A stretch of 64,000 nt of DNA from a virus. The DNA lies in the IMG/VR virus record IMGVR_UViG_3300045988_028354; one strand, given 5' to 3'. The translations under genes were made by a program, and so were the position numbers. This document shows positions 28,390-35,411 of this stretch, piece after piece. Below the pieces are notes generated by a model. It was not told where the DNA came from, made no database searches, and worked only from the letters and a program-made list of their open reading frames with translations. Within the stretch, counting starts at the first letter, position 1. Every line of letters begins with the position of its first letter.

Positions 28390-28680
28390 TTAAATTAATT
28401 CAATCAAAGTAACACATGTATCTTTGTTTTGCAAAACAAATAATTCGCTACTATCGTCTTTTCTTGAATAGATATTATAATAATCTGATTCAATTATTTT
28501 TTTGTGTCCGTCTTGCAAAAGCATTTTATCTAATGTTTCAAACGTTTCATTTAAACGCTTTTCTGTTTCTTCTTCGTCTTGCAAAGACTCGCTTTGCATA
28601 TCTAAAATAGAAATATTTATCTTTCCGTCACTCTTAGAAATCGAATGATTTAAAAATTTCTTTAATAGTTCTTTGTTCAT
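28390..28680 (-). CDS. hypothetical acidic protein (AT-rich island)
   Basis: 96 aa, ATG checked, very AT-rich codons compared with the rest of the window. Confidence 0.55.
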   Translation of the reverse strand: MNKELLKKFLNHSISKSDGKINISILDMQSESLQDEEETEKRLNETFETLDKMLLQDGHKKIIESDYYNIYSRKDDSSELFVLQNKDTCVTLIELI

Positions 28681-28697
28681 ATCTTTAAAATTTTAAA

Positions 28698-28724
28698 AAA
28701 GGGAAAGATTAAATCTTTCCCTTT
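28698..28724 (-). terminator. hairpin terminator
   Basis: Near-perfect palindrome aaagggaaagatt-a-aatctttcccttt, followed by a U-run on the minus strand. Confidence 0.6.
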
Positions 28725-28732
28725 GCAGTTAG

Positions 28733-29221
28733 TTACTTGAAATTCTTAACAATATTCAAACCTTTTGTAAGAACTTCTTTTTTTGTGTCCTTTGTATTTT
28801 CGCTTGCAATAGACGCAAAAGAAAAATCATGAATTTTATAAACTTGCTTATAAAAATCGTTGAAAGCTGAAACAAGTGTTTTTAATTCATTTTGTTTCTT
28901 TTCTTCTTTTGCTTTGCAAATCGAATCAAGCAAAGAAAAAGTTGTATTTCTCAACTTTTTTCGATATGCTTTCTTTTGCTTTTCGTTCAATTCAGCAAAC
29001 AGAGATTCAACATAAATTTCTGTTTTCTTTCCTAAAGAAGTTTTTAAAAGTCCGTTTGTTTTTTCATTTAGACTTTTAAAAATACTATCAACTGATAATT
29101 TAATAGTGCTATTTGCTTTTGCTTGCGCTTTTGCTTTATTTGCACTAACTTTGTTAATTTTGTTGTTAGCAACTTCTTTTTCTACTACTACATTCTTTAA
29201 TTCTTCCATAATAAAATACAT
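28733..29221 (-). CDS. lysine-rich hypothetical protein (AT-rich island)
   Basis: 162 aa (alternative ATG at 29209). K-rich, with EKQKKAYRKKLR resembling a motif in 40351..40854 and 43624..44169. Confidence 0.6.
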   Translation of the reverse strand: MYFIMEELKNVVVEKEVANNKINKVSANKAKAQAKANSTIKLSVDSIFKSLNEKTNGLLKTSLGKKTEIYVESLFAELNEKQKKAYRKKLRNTTFSLLDSICKAKEEKKQNELKTLVSAFNDFYKQVYKIHDFSFASIASENTKDTKKEVLTKGLNIVKNFK

Positions 29222-29378
29222 TTAGTTTTTAAGTTTATTTTATTATATCCTTTTCTCTATAAAACTAAATGATTTATAAGAAAAAGAGAAAAGGAATATT
29301 TAAATTAAATTGTTTCAAAATGTCAAACGATAAAATACTATCAATACAAAAGTAGTTTTTATCTCTCTTTCTGTATTA

Positions 29379-29409
29379 CAAAGATACAACTTATATTTTA
29401 ATCTACAAA
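29379..29409 (-). promoter_or_regulatory. Bacteroidota-type promoter, proximal copy
   Basis: Minus strand TTTTGTAG-N-TATCTTTG (plus caaagata 29379..29386, caaa 29406..29409). Confidence 0.5.
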
Positions 29410-29480
29410 ATTTTTAGAGAATTTTTTCTTTAAAAATAGTTAATCAAAATTTTAAATATCTCTTTGCTTTTTCAACACTA

Positions 29481-29511
29481 CAAAGATAAGAAATATCTTT
29501 GAATCTACAAA
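29481..29511 (-). promoter_or_regulatory. Bacteroidota-type promoter, distal duplicated copy
   Basis: Same arrangement 102 bp upstream (caaagata 29481..29488, caaa 29508..29511), with similar flanks. Confidence 0.5.
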
Positions 29512-29728
29512 ACATTTATAGAAAAATTTTTGAGAAATTTTTAAAGAATTATTTTTAATAATTTTGCATGAAAAATTTGCAAGTAGGTTTTAGGGGTTTG
29601 AATTGGGGGCATGGTTGTGGGTAGGTAATATAGGTATATTGATGGATATAGGGAAGGGGTTGGTATAGGTACCACTTTAGAAAAAAGAAGGCCCCATACA
29701 GTCCGGTAGATATTATCTGTATATTATC

Positions 29729-29749
29729 ATACATAAAGGCCATTAGGTG
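29729..29749. repeat. GGCC-core 20-mer, copy A
   Basis: catacataaaggccattaggt. Compare 30903..30923 and 31068..31088. Confidence 0.6.
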
Positions 29750-29873
29750 ACTAGCAGGCTTTTATACCAATGCCATGGGCCATGTAGGGAGTCCTAAAGA
29801 ACTAAGGCCTATATTAGGACATGGGTAAGCCTTAGCAAGTCCAATGATGGCCTAGAGTTAGGTTACATAAGAA

Positions 29874-29902
29874 AAGCCCAGTACCTAAGATAGGCTGGGC
29901 TT
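29874..29902 (-). terminator. intrinsic terminator
   Basis: Perfect 8-bp stem aagcccag / ctgggctt. Minus-strand RNA is followed by UUUCUU. 27 nt after the stop of 29929..30261. Confidence 0.65.
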
Positions 29903-29928
29903 ATAGGGTGTAACATAGTTAGCGATAG

Positions 29929-30261
29929 TTAATCCTTGAAGATATAGAAGGTAACACCATCGAAGATATAGGTATCTTCTGCCATAGAGGTATCGGCCAT
30001 GGGTTCATCCTGTAACCTATTGAAGGTAAAGTATTCCTCATCTGTATTATAGTATACCAGGATTTCTGGTTTAGGTTCCCTTAGGTAAGCCTCTAGGGCA
30101 ATGAAGGGGTTCTCTTTATCGGGTATAGGTACATAGCCAGTGAAGTTATTATCATAGGTATTATGTATGAAATTGTACCATGAGTAATAATAGTTATAGG
30201 TACATAGATATCCCATTAGGGCATTAATAGCAATTTGTGGGTTAATTTGACTTGTTCTCAT
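29929..30261 (-). CDS. hypothetical protein
   Basis: 110 aa, ATG checked. Confidence 0.6.
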   Translation of the reverse strand: MRTSQINPQIAINALMGYLCTYNYYYSWYNFIHNTYDNNFTGYVPIPDKENPFIALEAYLREPKPEILVYYNTDEEYFTFNRLQDEPMADTSMAEDTYIFDGVTFYIFKD

Positions 30262-30273
30262 AATGGTAATGTT

Positions 30274-30735
30274 TTAGCAAGTGAAAGGTACAATAATAGT
30301 GAATAGACCGTTAAGGTATTTGATTTGAGGACTATGGTTAAAGCAAGCTTCGGAGTCGTATGGGAAGCATTCCTTGAAGGTATCAGTTAGTGTATCTATC
30401 ATGGATGGTTCGTAGTCCATAAGGTTTGGAGTTTTTAAAGCAAAGGTCCATATATGGATTCCCTCATAGTCCCGTTCCTTAGTTTCGATGGATATAAGTT
30501 GAACGTAGGGAGCAATAGTAGCAAGATATGCAATATGAGGAGTAATGTACTCTAGCATGCCTAATTGGTATTGGTCTAGAGGTTGATTGTCTTCTTGGTC
30601 AATTTCCAGTTTGGATAAATGAATAATAGGGCAAAGGTTATCCAGGTCTTTGGCATTAGGTTGATAGCCCCAATTAAGTTGATGATTAAGGATTTGAGCA
30701 TGGGTTAATTCAGTCTTAATTAAATTTGTTTTCAT
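30274..30735 (-). CDS. hypothetical acidic protein
   Basis: 153 aa, ATG 29 nt downstream of the -7 box. Confidence 0.6.
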   Translation of the reverse strand: MKTNLIKTELTHAQILNHQLNWGYQPNAKDLDNLCPIIHLSKLEIDQEDNQPLDQYQLGMLEYITPHIAYLATIAPYVQLISIETKERDYEGIHIWTFALKTPNLMDYEPSMIDTLTDTFKECFPYDSEACFNHSPQIKYLNGLFTIIVPFTC

Positions 30736-30763
30736 ATCTATATATTTTTAATTGTTTATACTG

Positions 30764-30806
30764 CAAATATAGACATTTTTATTTAAATATGCAAATCCTA
30801 CTGAGG
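30764..30806 (-). promoter_or_regulatory. Bacteroidota-type promoter with CCTCAG box
   Basis: Minus strand CCTCAGTAGGATTTGCATATTTAAATAAAAATGTCTATATTTGCAG; box offset 37. Confidence 0.65.
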
Positions 30807-30902
30807 CCCTTAATGGATAATGTCTTATAGCTCTATAACTTATTAATAATCAAAGAGTTACATAATCCATATCTCTTCTAGCCATTATTAGTTTCTTTCT
30901 AA

Positions 30903-30923
30903 CTAAATATAAGGGCCATTAAT
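30903..30923. repeat. GGCC-core 20-mer, copy B
   Basis: ctaaatataagggccattaat. Confidence 0.6.
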
Positions 30924-31067
30924 AACATACTTACTAGTTTTAGGTACCCCTAACAGCCTACATTTTTAATATAATCCCAATAAATTTGATGGCCATGAAT
31001 GGTATATTTTAATGCCTAATCCCCAAATCCTATTGCCTAATCCTAACTAATTTCTATATAATATATA

Positions 31068-31088
31068 CTAATATAAAGGGCCATTAGG
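31068..31088. repeat. GGCC-core 20-mer, copy C
   Basis: ctaatataaagggccattagg. Confidence 0.6.
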
Positions 31089-31344
31089 AGTCTAGGATTA
31101 AGGGGATTTAGGTACCCATATGGGCCTTAGTTGTGGGCCTTTTAGGCAATGGGTCATAATGACCAAAGGCTATGAGACTGATATGTTAGATAGCTATAGA
31201 GTAGTGGTGTTGTATAGTGATAGGGGGGCTAGGCCTAGAAGTTTGCCTTAATCCCAACACCCCCGGAAGGCCTTCAATATTGTATTAGTTATATGTATAT
31301 TGATTATTATTATATTAGGTATGTGTATTATGTAACATAGTTAG

Positions 31345-31373
31345 GCCCAGTATGATTTTGTTTTATACTGGGC
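31345..31373. terminator. hairpin, strand assignment ambiguous
   Basis: Perfect 9-bp stem gcccagtat / atactgggc. Lies 37 nt after the stop of 31410..31592 on the minus strand, but the U-rich tail (tttagtatttatttt) is on the plus strand. Confidence 0.5.
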
Positions 31374-31409
31374 TTTAGTATTTATTTTGATATTTGTTTT
31401 TGTTTGGGG

Positions 31410-31592
31410 TTAGGTGTATCTTAGGATTACAGTTTCTAATAGGATTAGTAGGATTATCTGTAGACCTTGTAGGATTAAGTATATGTATTTTTGTTTGTTG
31501 GTGGGGTTTGGTATTTGATGGTATATCTTATCCCTGTGGGTTAATGATAACCAGGTATATAAGATTACTGGGATTAGTAGTAGGGTTTTCAT
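31410..31592 (-). CDS. possible 60-aa two-TM membrane protein
   Basis: MKTLLLIPVILYTWLSL...IYLILQGLQIILLILLETVIL. Its ATG overlaps the stop of 31589..31753 as ATGA. The TAATCC repeats here read as L-I-L codons. Confidence 0.45.
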   Translation of the reverse strand: MKTLLLIPVILYTWLSLTHRDKIYHQIPNPTNKQKYIYLILQGLQIILLILLETVILRYT

Positions 31593-31753
31593 TTCCTTTT
31601 CTGTTTTAATTTGTTTTGGGTACGTAGGTGCTTGTTGAAGGTTGCACCTGAGTCCGTGTAGTAATTGGGGTTTGGTTTACCTGGAGTAGGAAAGTGTTCA
31701 TTCCATTTATCCTGGTGAGGTATGTATACTTGGTTCTTGGATTTCTTTTTCAT
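31589..31753 (-). CDS. possible 54-aa basic protein (not in ORF track)
   Basis: Hand-translated MKKKSKNQVYIPHQDKWNEHFPTPGKPNPNYYTDSGATFNKHLRTQNKLKQKRK. ATGA overlap with the stop of 31750..31998. Confidence 0.4.
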   Translation of the reverse strand: MKKKSKNQVYIPHQDKWNEHFPTPGKPNPNYYTDSGATFNKHLRTQNKLKQKRK

Positions 31754-31998
31754 AGGTCTAATATTGCGGTTTTGAATCCTATTGATGTTAGTTCTTGGGT
31801 TTGGATATGTACGATTTCGAAGTATTCCTTGATACCTTGTAGAGAATAGAATTGTAATACTCCTCCGTCTCCATATTCAGCATTTACCTGGTCTATGATT
31901 TCCTCATAAGCCTTGTCTTGGTTATCATTTAGTGAATGGTAGATATCTTGGACTTGGCCCTCTTCTACGATTACTAAGGTTGTGATTTTTAGTTTCAT
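31750..31998 (-). CDS. hypothetical acidic protein
   Basis: 82 aa, ATGA overlap with the upstream gene. Confidence 0.6.
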   Translation of the reverse strand: MKLKITTLVIVEEGQVQDIYHSLNDNQDKAYEEIIDQVNAEYGDGGVLQFYSLQGIKEYFEIVHIQTQELTSIGFKTAILDL

Positions 31999-32258
31999 TT
32001 TCCGTAATGTTTTAGTTCTTGGTTATACTCTGGGTATTTTTTCTCGTAGTAGTCATAGAGATATTGGTATTCGTCATCTCCTGACCAGCAATCAAGGAAG
32101 TAATCATATTGGTCCTCGGTTGCCTGTGATGGGTGTATGTGCAATGTATACTTGCAGTAGTGTTCCCATACTGTTTTAGGTTGGAATTTATTGGTAGGGA
32201 AAGCCATGACTACTAGAGCCATGGCAATTGATGTTAGGATTATAAGTTTAGTTCTCAT
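31995..32258 (-). CDS. hypothetical protein with N-terminal signal/TM segment
   Basis: 87 aa, LIILTSIAMALVVMAF near the N-terminus, ATGA overlap. Confidence 0.6.
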   Translation of the reverse strand: MRTKLIILTSIAMALVVMAFPTNKFQPKTVWEHYCKYTLHIHPSQATEDQYDYFLDCWSGDDEYQYLYDYYEKKYPEYNQELKHYGK

Positions 32259-32761
32259 TTGATAAGGGATTTGAAAAAGTTGATAGTATTTTCAGTGAAA
32301 GTGTAAAGAGTTTCTGGTTTTTCGAGAAAGTTAAGGTAATATTCGATTTCCTCGGCATGTTCTTCCTCGTTGAAATTATCCTTGTAGTATTGGAATTTTT
32401 CCATGATAAGTGGTTTGTATTTTTCCTGTTCAAGGATAAGAGTTGCACCGTAGAGTACCATGTCTACTTCGTCTACGTTATAATCGAAGTATTGGTCATC
32501 GCAGCCTCTGAGCAAATCCATTTGATTGAGGATTTCCATTAGGTCAAGTTCCAGGGATTCCTTATCGGCATAGGTATATACCCAGAGCATTTCGAGTGAA
32601 TAATCCGATATCTCCTCGTAATGTGGGTCATCCTCGGCAATTTCGAAGTCATATGTATTTTGAGCATGTGACATAGGCATTTGACCTTGGATAGAGATAA
32701 TATGATAGGGATTTTGTGCAATGATTGATGCAAGAACTGAGGTTGAATTTAATGTTGTCAT
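32255..32761 (-). CDS. strongly acidic hypothetical protein
   Basis: 168 aa, D/E/Y-rich. Confidence 0.6.
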   Translation of the reverse strand: MTTLNSTSVLASIIAQNPYHIISIQGQMPMSHAQNTYDFEIAEDDPHYEEISDYSLEMLWVYTYADKESLELDLMEILNQMDLLRGCDDQYFDYNVDEVDMVLYGATLILEQEKYKPLIMEKFQYYKDNFNEEEHAEEIEYYLNFLEKPETLYTFTENTINFFKSLIK

Positions 32762-32788
32762 GATGTTATAAGTTTTTATTGGTTAATA

Positions 32789-33034
32789 TTAATTGTTAGC
32801 GATTTGATTGTTGAATGTTGTTTGGTCATCGGCATCAGGCCAACCCATGGATTCCTCCATGTATTCGGTAGTATAATCGATAATGGTTGCAGCATCGTCT
32901 TTGTTAATTGTAGCAACCTCGGCTTCGATTTCCCGTTGGATTTGGTCGTAGTGATAAGCAAATGACCTCCGTATGCGTGCAGCAATTCCGGGGTATTTTT
33001 TAAATAATTCGATTAATTTACTTTCTTCATTCAT
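32789..33034 (-). CDS. hypothetical acidic protein
   Basis: First ATG at 33034 (MNEESKLIEL...). The track start at 33061 is TTG and lies inside the -7 box. Confidence 0.6.
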   Translation of the reverse strand: MNEESKLIELFKKYPGIAARIRRSFAYHYDQIQREIEAEVATINKDDAATIIDYTTEYMEESMGWPDADDQTTFNNQIANN

Positions 33035-33058
33035 AACGTCTATTTTTAAATGTTTATG

Positions 33059-33111
33059 CAAATATAAGAATAATATTTTAAATATGCAATAACCCCGATT
33101 ACTTACTGGAG
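33059..33111 (-). promoter_or_regulatory. Bacteroidota-type promoter with CTCCAG box
   Basis: Plus caaatata at 33059..33066, gcaat at 33086..33090, ctggag at 33106..33111; offset 47. Confidence 0.6.
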
Positions 33112-33333
33112 CCTTATAAGGTCAACTATTTCGATGGAAGAGTATGGCATACCTATAAGTTCTGAGATTATCCTTTTAGTATGATATACATGAAGGTGGT
33201 TAGGATTTAGTTTTACCCTTGGGAATATTAAGTATGGCCTTAGTTCCTCAGTTCTATAGGTTATGATTAATTCTTCGCAGAACTTTTCGTTTTGGCAATC
33301 AAAGGATACTAAAAATTTGGACTGTTCTAGCAT
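33103..33333 (-). CDS. hypothetical protein
   Basis: ATG at 33333 (MLEQSKF...). The track start at 33351 is TTG. Confidence 0.55.
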   Translation of the reverse strand: MLEQSKFLVSFDCQNEKFCEELIITYRTEELRPYLIFPRVKLNPNHLHVYHTKRIISELIGMPYSSIEIVDLIRLQ

Positions 33334-33458
33334 ACTATTAATATTAAGCAATGAGTATTCTCATAAGTTAAAGGTTCTTCGCTAGTAGGATGGGAGGATG
33401 CACCCATTATTAGGATAATTCCTCCCATGACTAAGATAAGTATAATATTAGGCTTCAT
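33327..33458 (-). CDS. possible 43-aa membrane peptide (not in ORF track)
   Basis: Hand-translated MKPNIILILVMGGIILIMGASSHPTSEEPLTYENTHCLILIVC. Overlaps both neighbours by 7-11 nt and fills the 33334..33447 gap. Confidence 0.4.
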   Translation of the reverse strand: MKPNIILILVMGGIILIMGASSHPTSEEPLTYENTHCLILIVC

Positions 33459-33765
33459 GTGATTCACGATGGGTACATAAGTCCTCAATTAAGTCTTCGA
33501 CAGTATCCTCCCAGGAATCATATCCATCAAGGTTGTATTCGGCAATGAAGGTAAAGAATGTATCTCCAAATAATAATCGTAAGACTTTGTCTGTTAGGGT
33601 TTCGTCTTCGTCATATAGTTTGTTCTCTTCCTCATTGGAAAGTTCTGTATCTCCATTTAGGATAACCGAGATTTGTTGCAGTCTGAGTAAATACCCATTA
33701 AGAGTATCAAGGTCCTCTTTAGACCTTGTCTCTTGGAATTTAAGATAAGTCTTTGATGGTGTCAT
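33448..33765 (-). CDS. acidic hypothetical protein
   Basis: 105 aa, D/E-rich. Confidence 0.6.
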   Translation of the reverse strand: MTPSKTYLKFQETRSKEDLDTLNGYLLRLQQISVILNGDTELSNEEENKLYDEDETLTDKVLRLLFGDTFFTFIAEYNLDGYDSWEDTVEDLIEDLCTHRESHEA

Positions 33766-33767
33766 AG

Positions 33768-34193
33768 TTAGTCCTCCTCTGATTTAATTTGTTGATTCAA
33801 GGGTATGTATGGTTCAGCAGGTAATTCTTCAGCAAGTACTGATATGAATCCTTCCGGGTATAAGGTATATAAGATTCGATATCCATAATCTGAATGTGGC
33901 AAGAATACATCCATAATGTTTTTGAGTAATGGGTATAGCTTCCATTGGTTATCCTCTAGGAATCGTTTCCATTCATCCATTTCGCTAGCATCATAGTTAG
34001 CAGTTAATTGAATGTGATAACGTTGTGTTTCCGTATCGATTGGGATAAATAGGTTGGTGACTACCTCAATTTCGTTTGAAGGCTTTTTGTATTGAGTAAT
34101 TGGATACCAGATACCTTCGTTTTTCCATTGATTGAGCTGGAATATTGTCATCCCAGATTCAAGTAAGTTGGTGAGTTTGTAAAGATTAACCAT
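33768..34193 (-). CDS. hypothetical protein
   Basis: 141 aa, first gene after the promoter at 34240. Confidence 0.6.
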   Translation of the reverse strand: MVNLYKLTNLLESGMTIFQLNQWKNEGIWYPITQYKKPSNEIEVVTNLFIPIDTETQRYHIQLTANYDASEMDEWKRFLEDNQWKLYPLLKNIMDVFLPHSDYGYRILYTLYPEGFISVLAEELPAEPYIPLNQQIKSEED

Positions 34194-34239
34194 GTTGTTG
34201 TCTATTTTAAAATGAATAAATATATTTTATTTCTCATTA

Positions 34240-34282
34240 CAAAGATAAGAATAATAAATAATATATGCAAATATAACTGAGG
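34240..34282 (-). promoter_or_regulatory. Bacteroidota-type promoter with CCTCAG box
   Basis: Minus strand CCTCAGTTATATTTGCATATATTATTTATTATTCTTATCTTTGTAATG; offset 37. Confidence 0.65.
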
Positions 34283-34283
34283 T

Positions 34284-34320
34284 AGAGGCAGGCTCTTAGT
34301 TAGGTTAGAGTCCTGCCTCT
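34284..34320 (-). terminator. strong hairpin at the cassette end (no U-tract)
   Basis: agaggcagg(ctc) / (gag)tcctgcctct, 9 + 3 bp with one bulge. Confidence 0.4.
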
Positions 34321-34343
34321 GGGATAGATATGAAAACAACTGG

Positions 34344-34766
34344 TTAATCGTCGTTAAGGGAACCCTCATTTAAAGTTTCATTAAGTACCTCATTAAGGAG
34401 TTCTGCACGTTGTTCTTTTGATAGGCCATCCAGTGTTCCTTTGATTCTCTCCTTTAATGCCTTTTTAAGAGTATTTTGGTACTGATTGATAAAGGTAATT
34501 GAAGAGATTGGTACTGGTATGAGTACTCTCATTTGTGTAGTATGATTACATCTGTCAAGTAATTCTGATAACTCTTTACGGTTATCCAAAGAATGTTGAA
34601 TAACCATGGCAATTACATCTGGTTGTTGAACATCGGTACATCCAGAAGCATAGCGTACGATTCTATCAAATGTTGACTCGGTAATGTCAAATGGCATTCC
34701 GTTTAAAAATGGTTCCTTGAAGTCAGGGTCCATGGTCTCTGTTTCTAAAATAGCTCTAATTGTCAT
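34344..34766 (-). CDS. hypothetical protein
   Basis: 140 aa, ATGA overlap. Confidence 0.6.
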   Translation of the reverse strand: MTIRAILETETMDPDFKEPFLNGMPFDITESTFDRIVRYASGCTDVQQPDVIAMVIQHSLDNRKELSELLDRCNHTTQMRVLIPVPISSITFINQYQNTLKKALKERIKGTLDGLSKEQRAELLNEVLNETLNEGSLNDD

Positions 34767-34945
34767 TCTTCTACTTCTCCTATGTTGTTAGCAAGTAAAT
34801 AATCGTAGTACAAGTGTACGTTAGTATCTCCATAAGTCCTAATATAGGATTCAGCATCCTCTGGGTCTGCTGAGACCCAGGGATATTCTTGTATCTGTGC
34901 CTGGTGTAATTGTAAGGCCAGAGATTTTAATTCTTCTTTGTTCAT
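34763..34945 (-). CDS. hypothetical small acidic protein
   Basis: 60 aa, ATGA overlaps on both sides. Confidence 0.55.
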   Translation of the reverse strand: MNKEELKSLALQLHQAQIQEYPWVSADPEDAESYIRTYGDTNVHLYYDYLLANNIGEVEE

Positions 34946-35322
34946 GATATTCTGAAATTAAGTTGGTAAATCCAATTGTTTTTATCCAGCTTGGTGAACG
35001 AGATAAATATAGCATCACCATCGGTAAAGCTTTGCATAAATTTAATGCAGCCATCGGCAATGAGGTTTTCTCTTTGTCTATCTACTGTAATTAGGCTTTC
35101 AAATGTGAAAGTATAATAGCAGGTTTCGTATGCCCAGATTTGATTGATATCAATGCAGGCCAATTGATAGTTATCGTATATCTTACTGAGCAGTTCAAAT
35201 AAGATATCCTTTAGGTTCTCGTTTTCCTCTTCTGTAAGAGAGAAAGTGTTTTTGTTAGCAAGGAATCTTTTAAGTACCTCGTCCAAGTTCTGGATAGAGG
35301 ATTTAGATGTTGTTGTTTTCAT
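34942..35322 (-). CDS. hypothetical protein
   Basis: 126 aa, ATG 27 nt after the -7 box. Confidence 0.6.
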   Translation of the reverse strand: MKTTTSKSSIQNLDEVLKRFLANKNTFSLTEEENENLKDILFELLSKIYDNYQLACIDINQIWAYETCYYTFTFESLITVDRQRENLIADGCIKFMQSFTDGDAIFISFTKLDKNNWIYQLNFRIS

Positions 35323-35348
35323 ATTTTTATTGTTTAATTATTACACTA

Positions 35349-35411
35349 CAAATATAAGCATTTTATTTTAAATATTACTTTATTCATGCAATTATTTTTA
35401 AATAGCTGAGG
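35349..35411 (-). promoter_or_regulatory. promoter with CCTCAG box
   Basis: Plus caaatata at 35349..35356 and ctgagg at 35406..35411; offset 57. Confidence 0.6.

Noticed and set aside
29567-29660. G-quadruplex from plus-strand G-runs (GGGG, GGGGG, GGG, GGG, GGGG).
   Set aside because: Loop lengths between runs are long and uneven (8-27 nt). The simpler reading is C-rich transcript bias on the coding strand.
29555-29743. 62-aa minus-strand ORF in the G/C-skewed non-coding patch.
   Set aside because: It has odd composition (Y/P/F/Q-rich) and sits between a terminator and the next promoters. It shows no coupling to neighbours and is better explained as repeat or non-coding DNA.
29560-31600. 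CRISPR array or tRNA genes in the repeat-rich non-coding patches.
   Set aside because: The repeats are short (6-20 bp), irregularly spaced (13-109 bp) and in mixed orientation. I could not find any cloverleaf or a GGTTCGAATCC-like T-arm. A tRNA scan should still be run.
31394-31609. Plus-strand 71-aa ORF (G/L/V-rich).
   Set aside because: It is antisense to 31410..31592, which is linked to upstream genes by ATGA coupling. There is no plus-strand promoter upstream.
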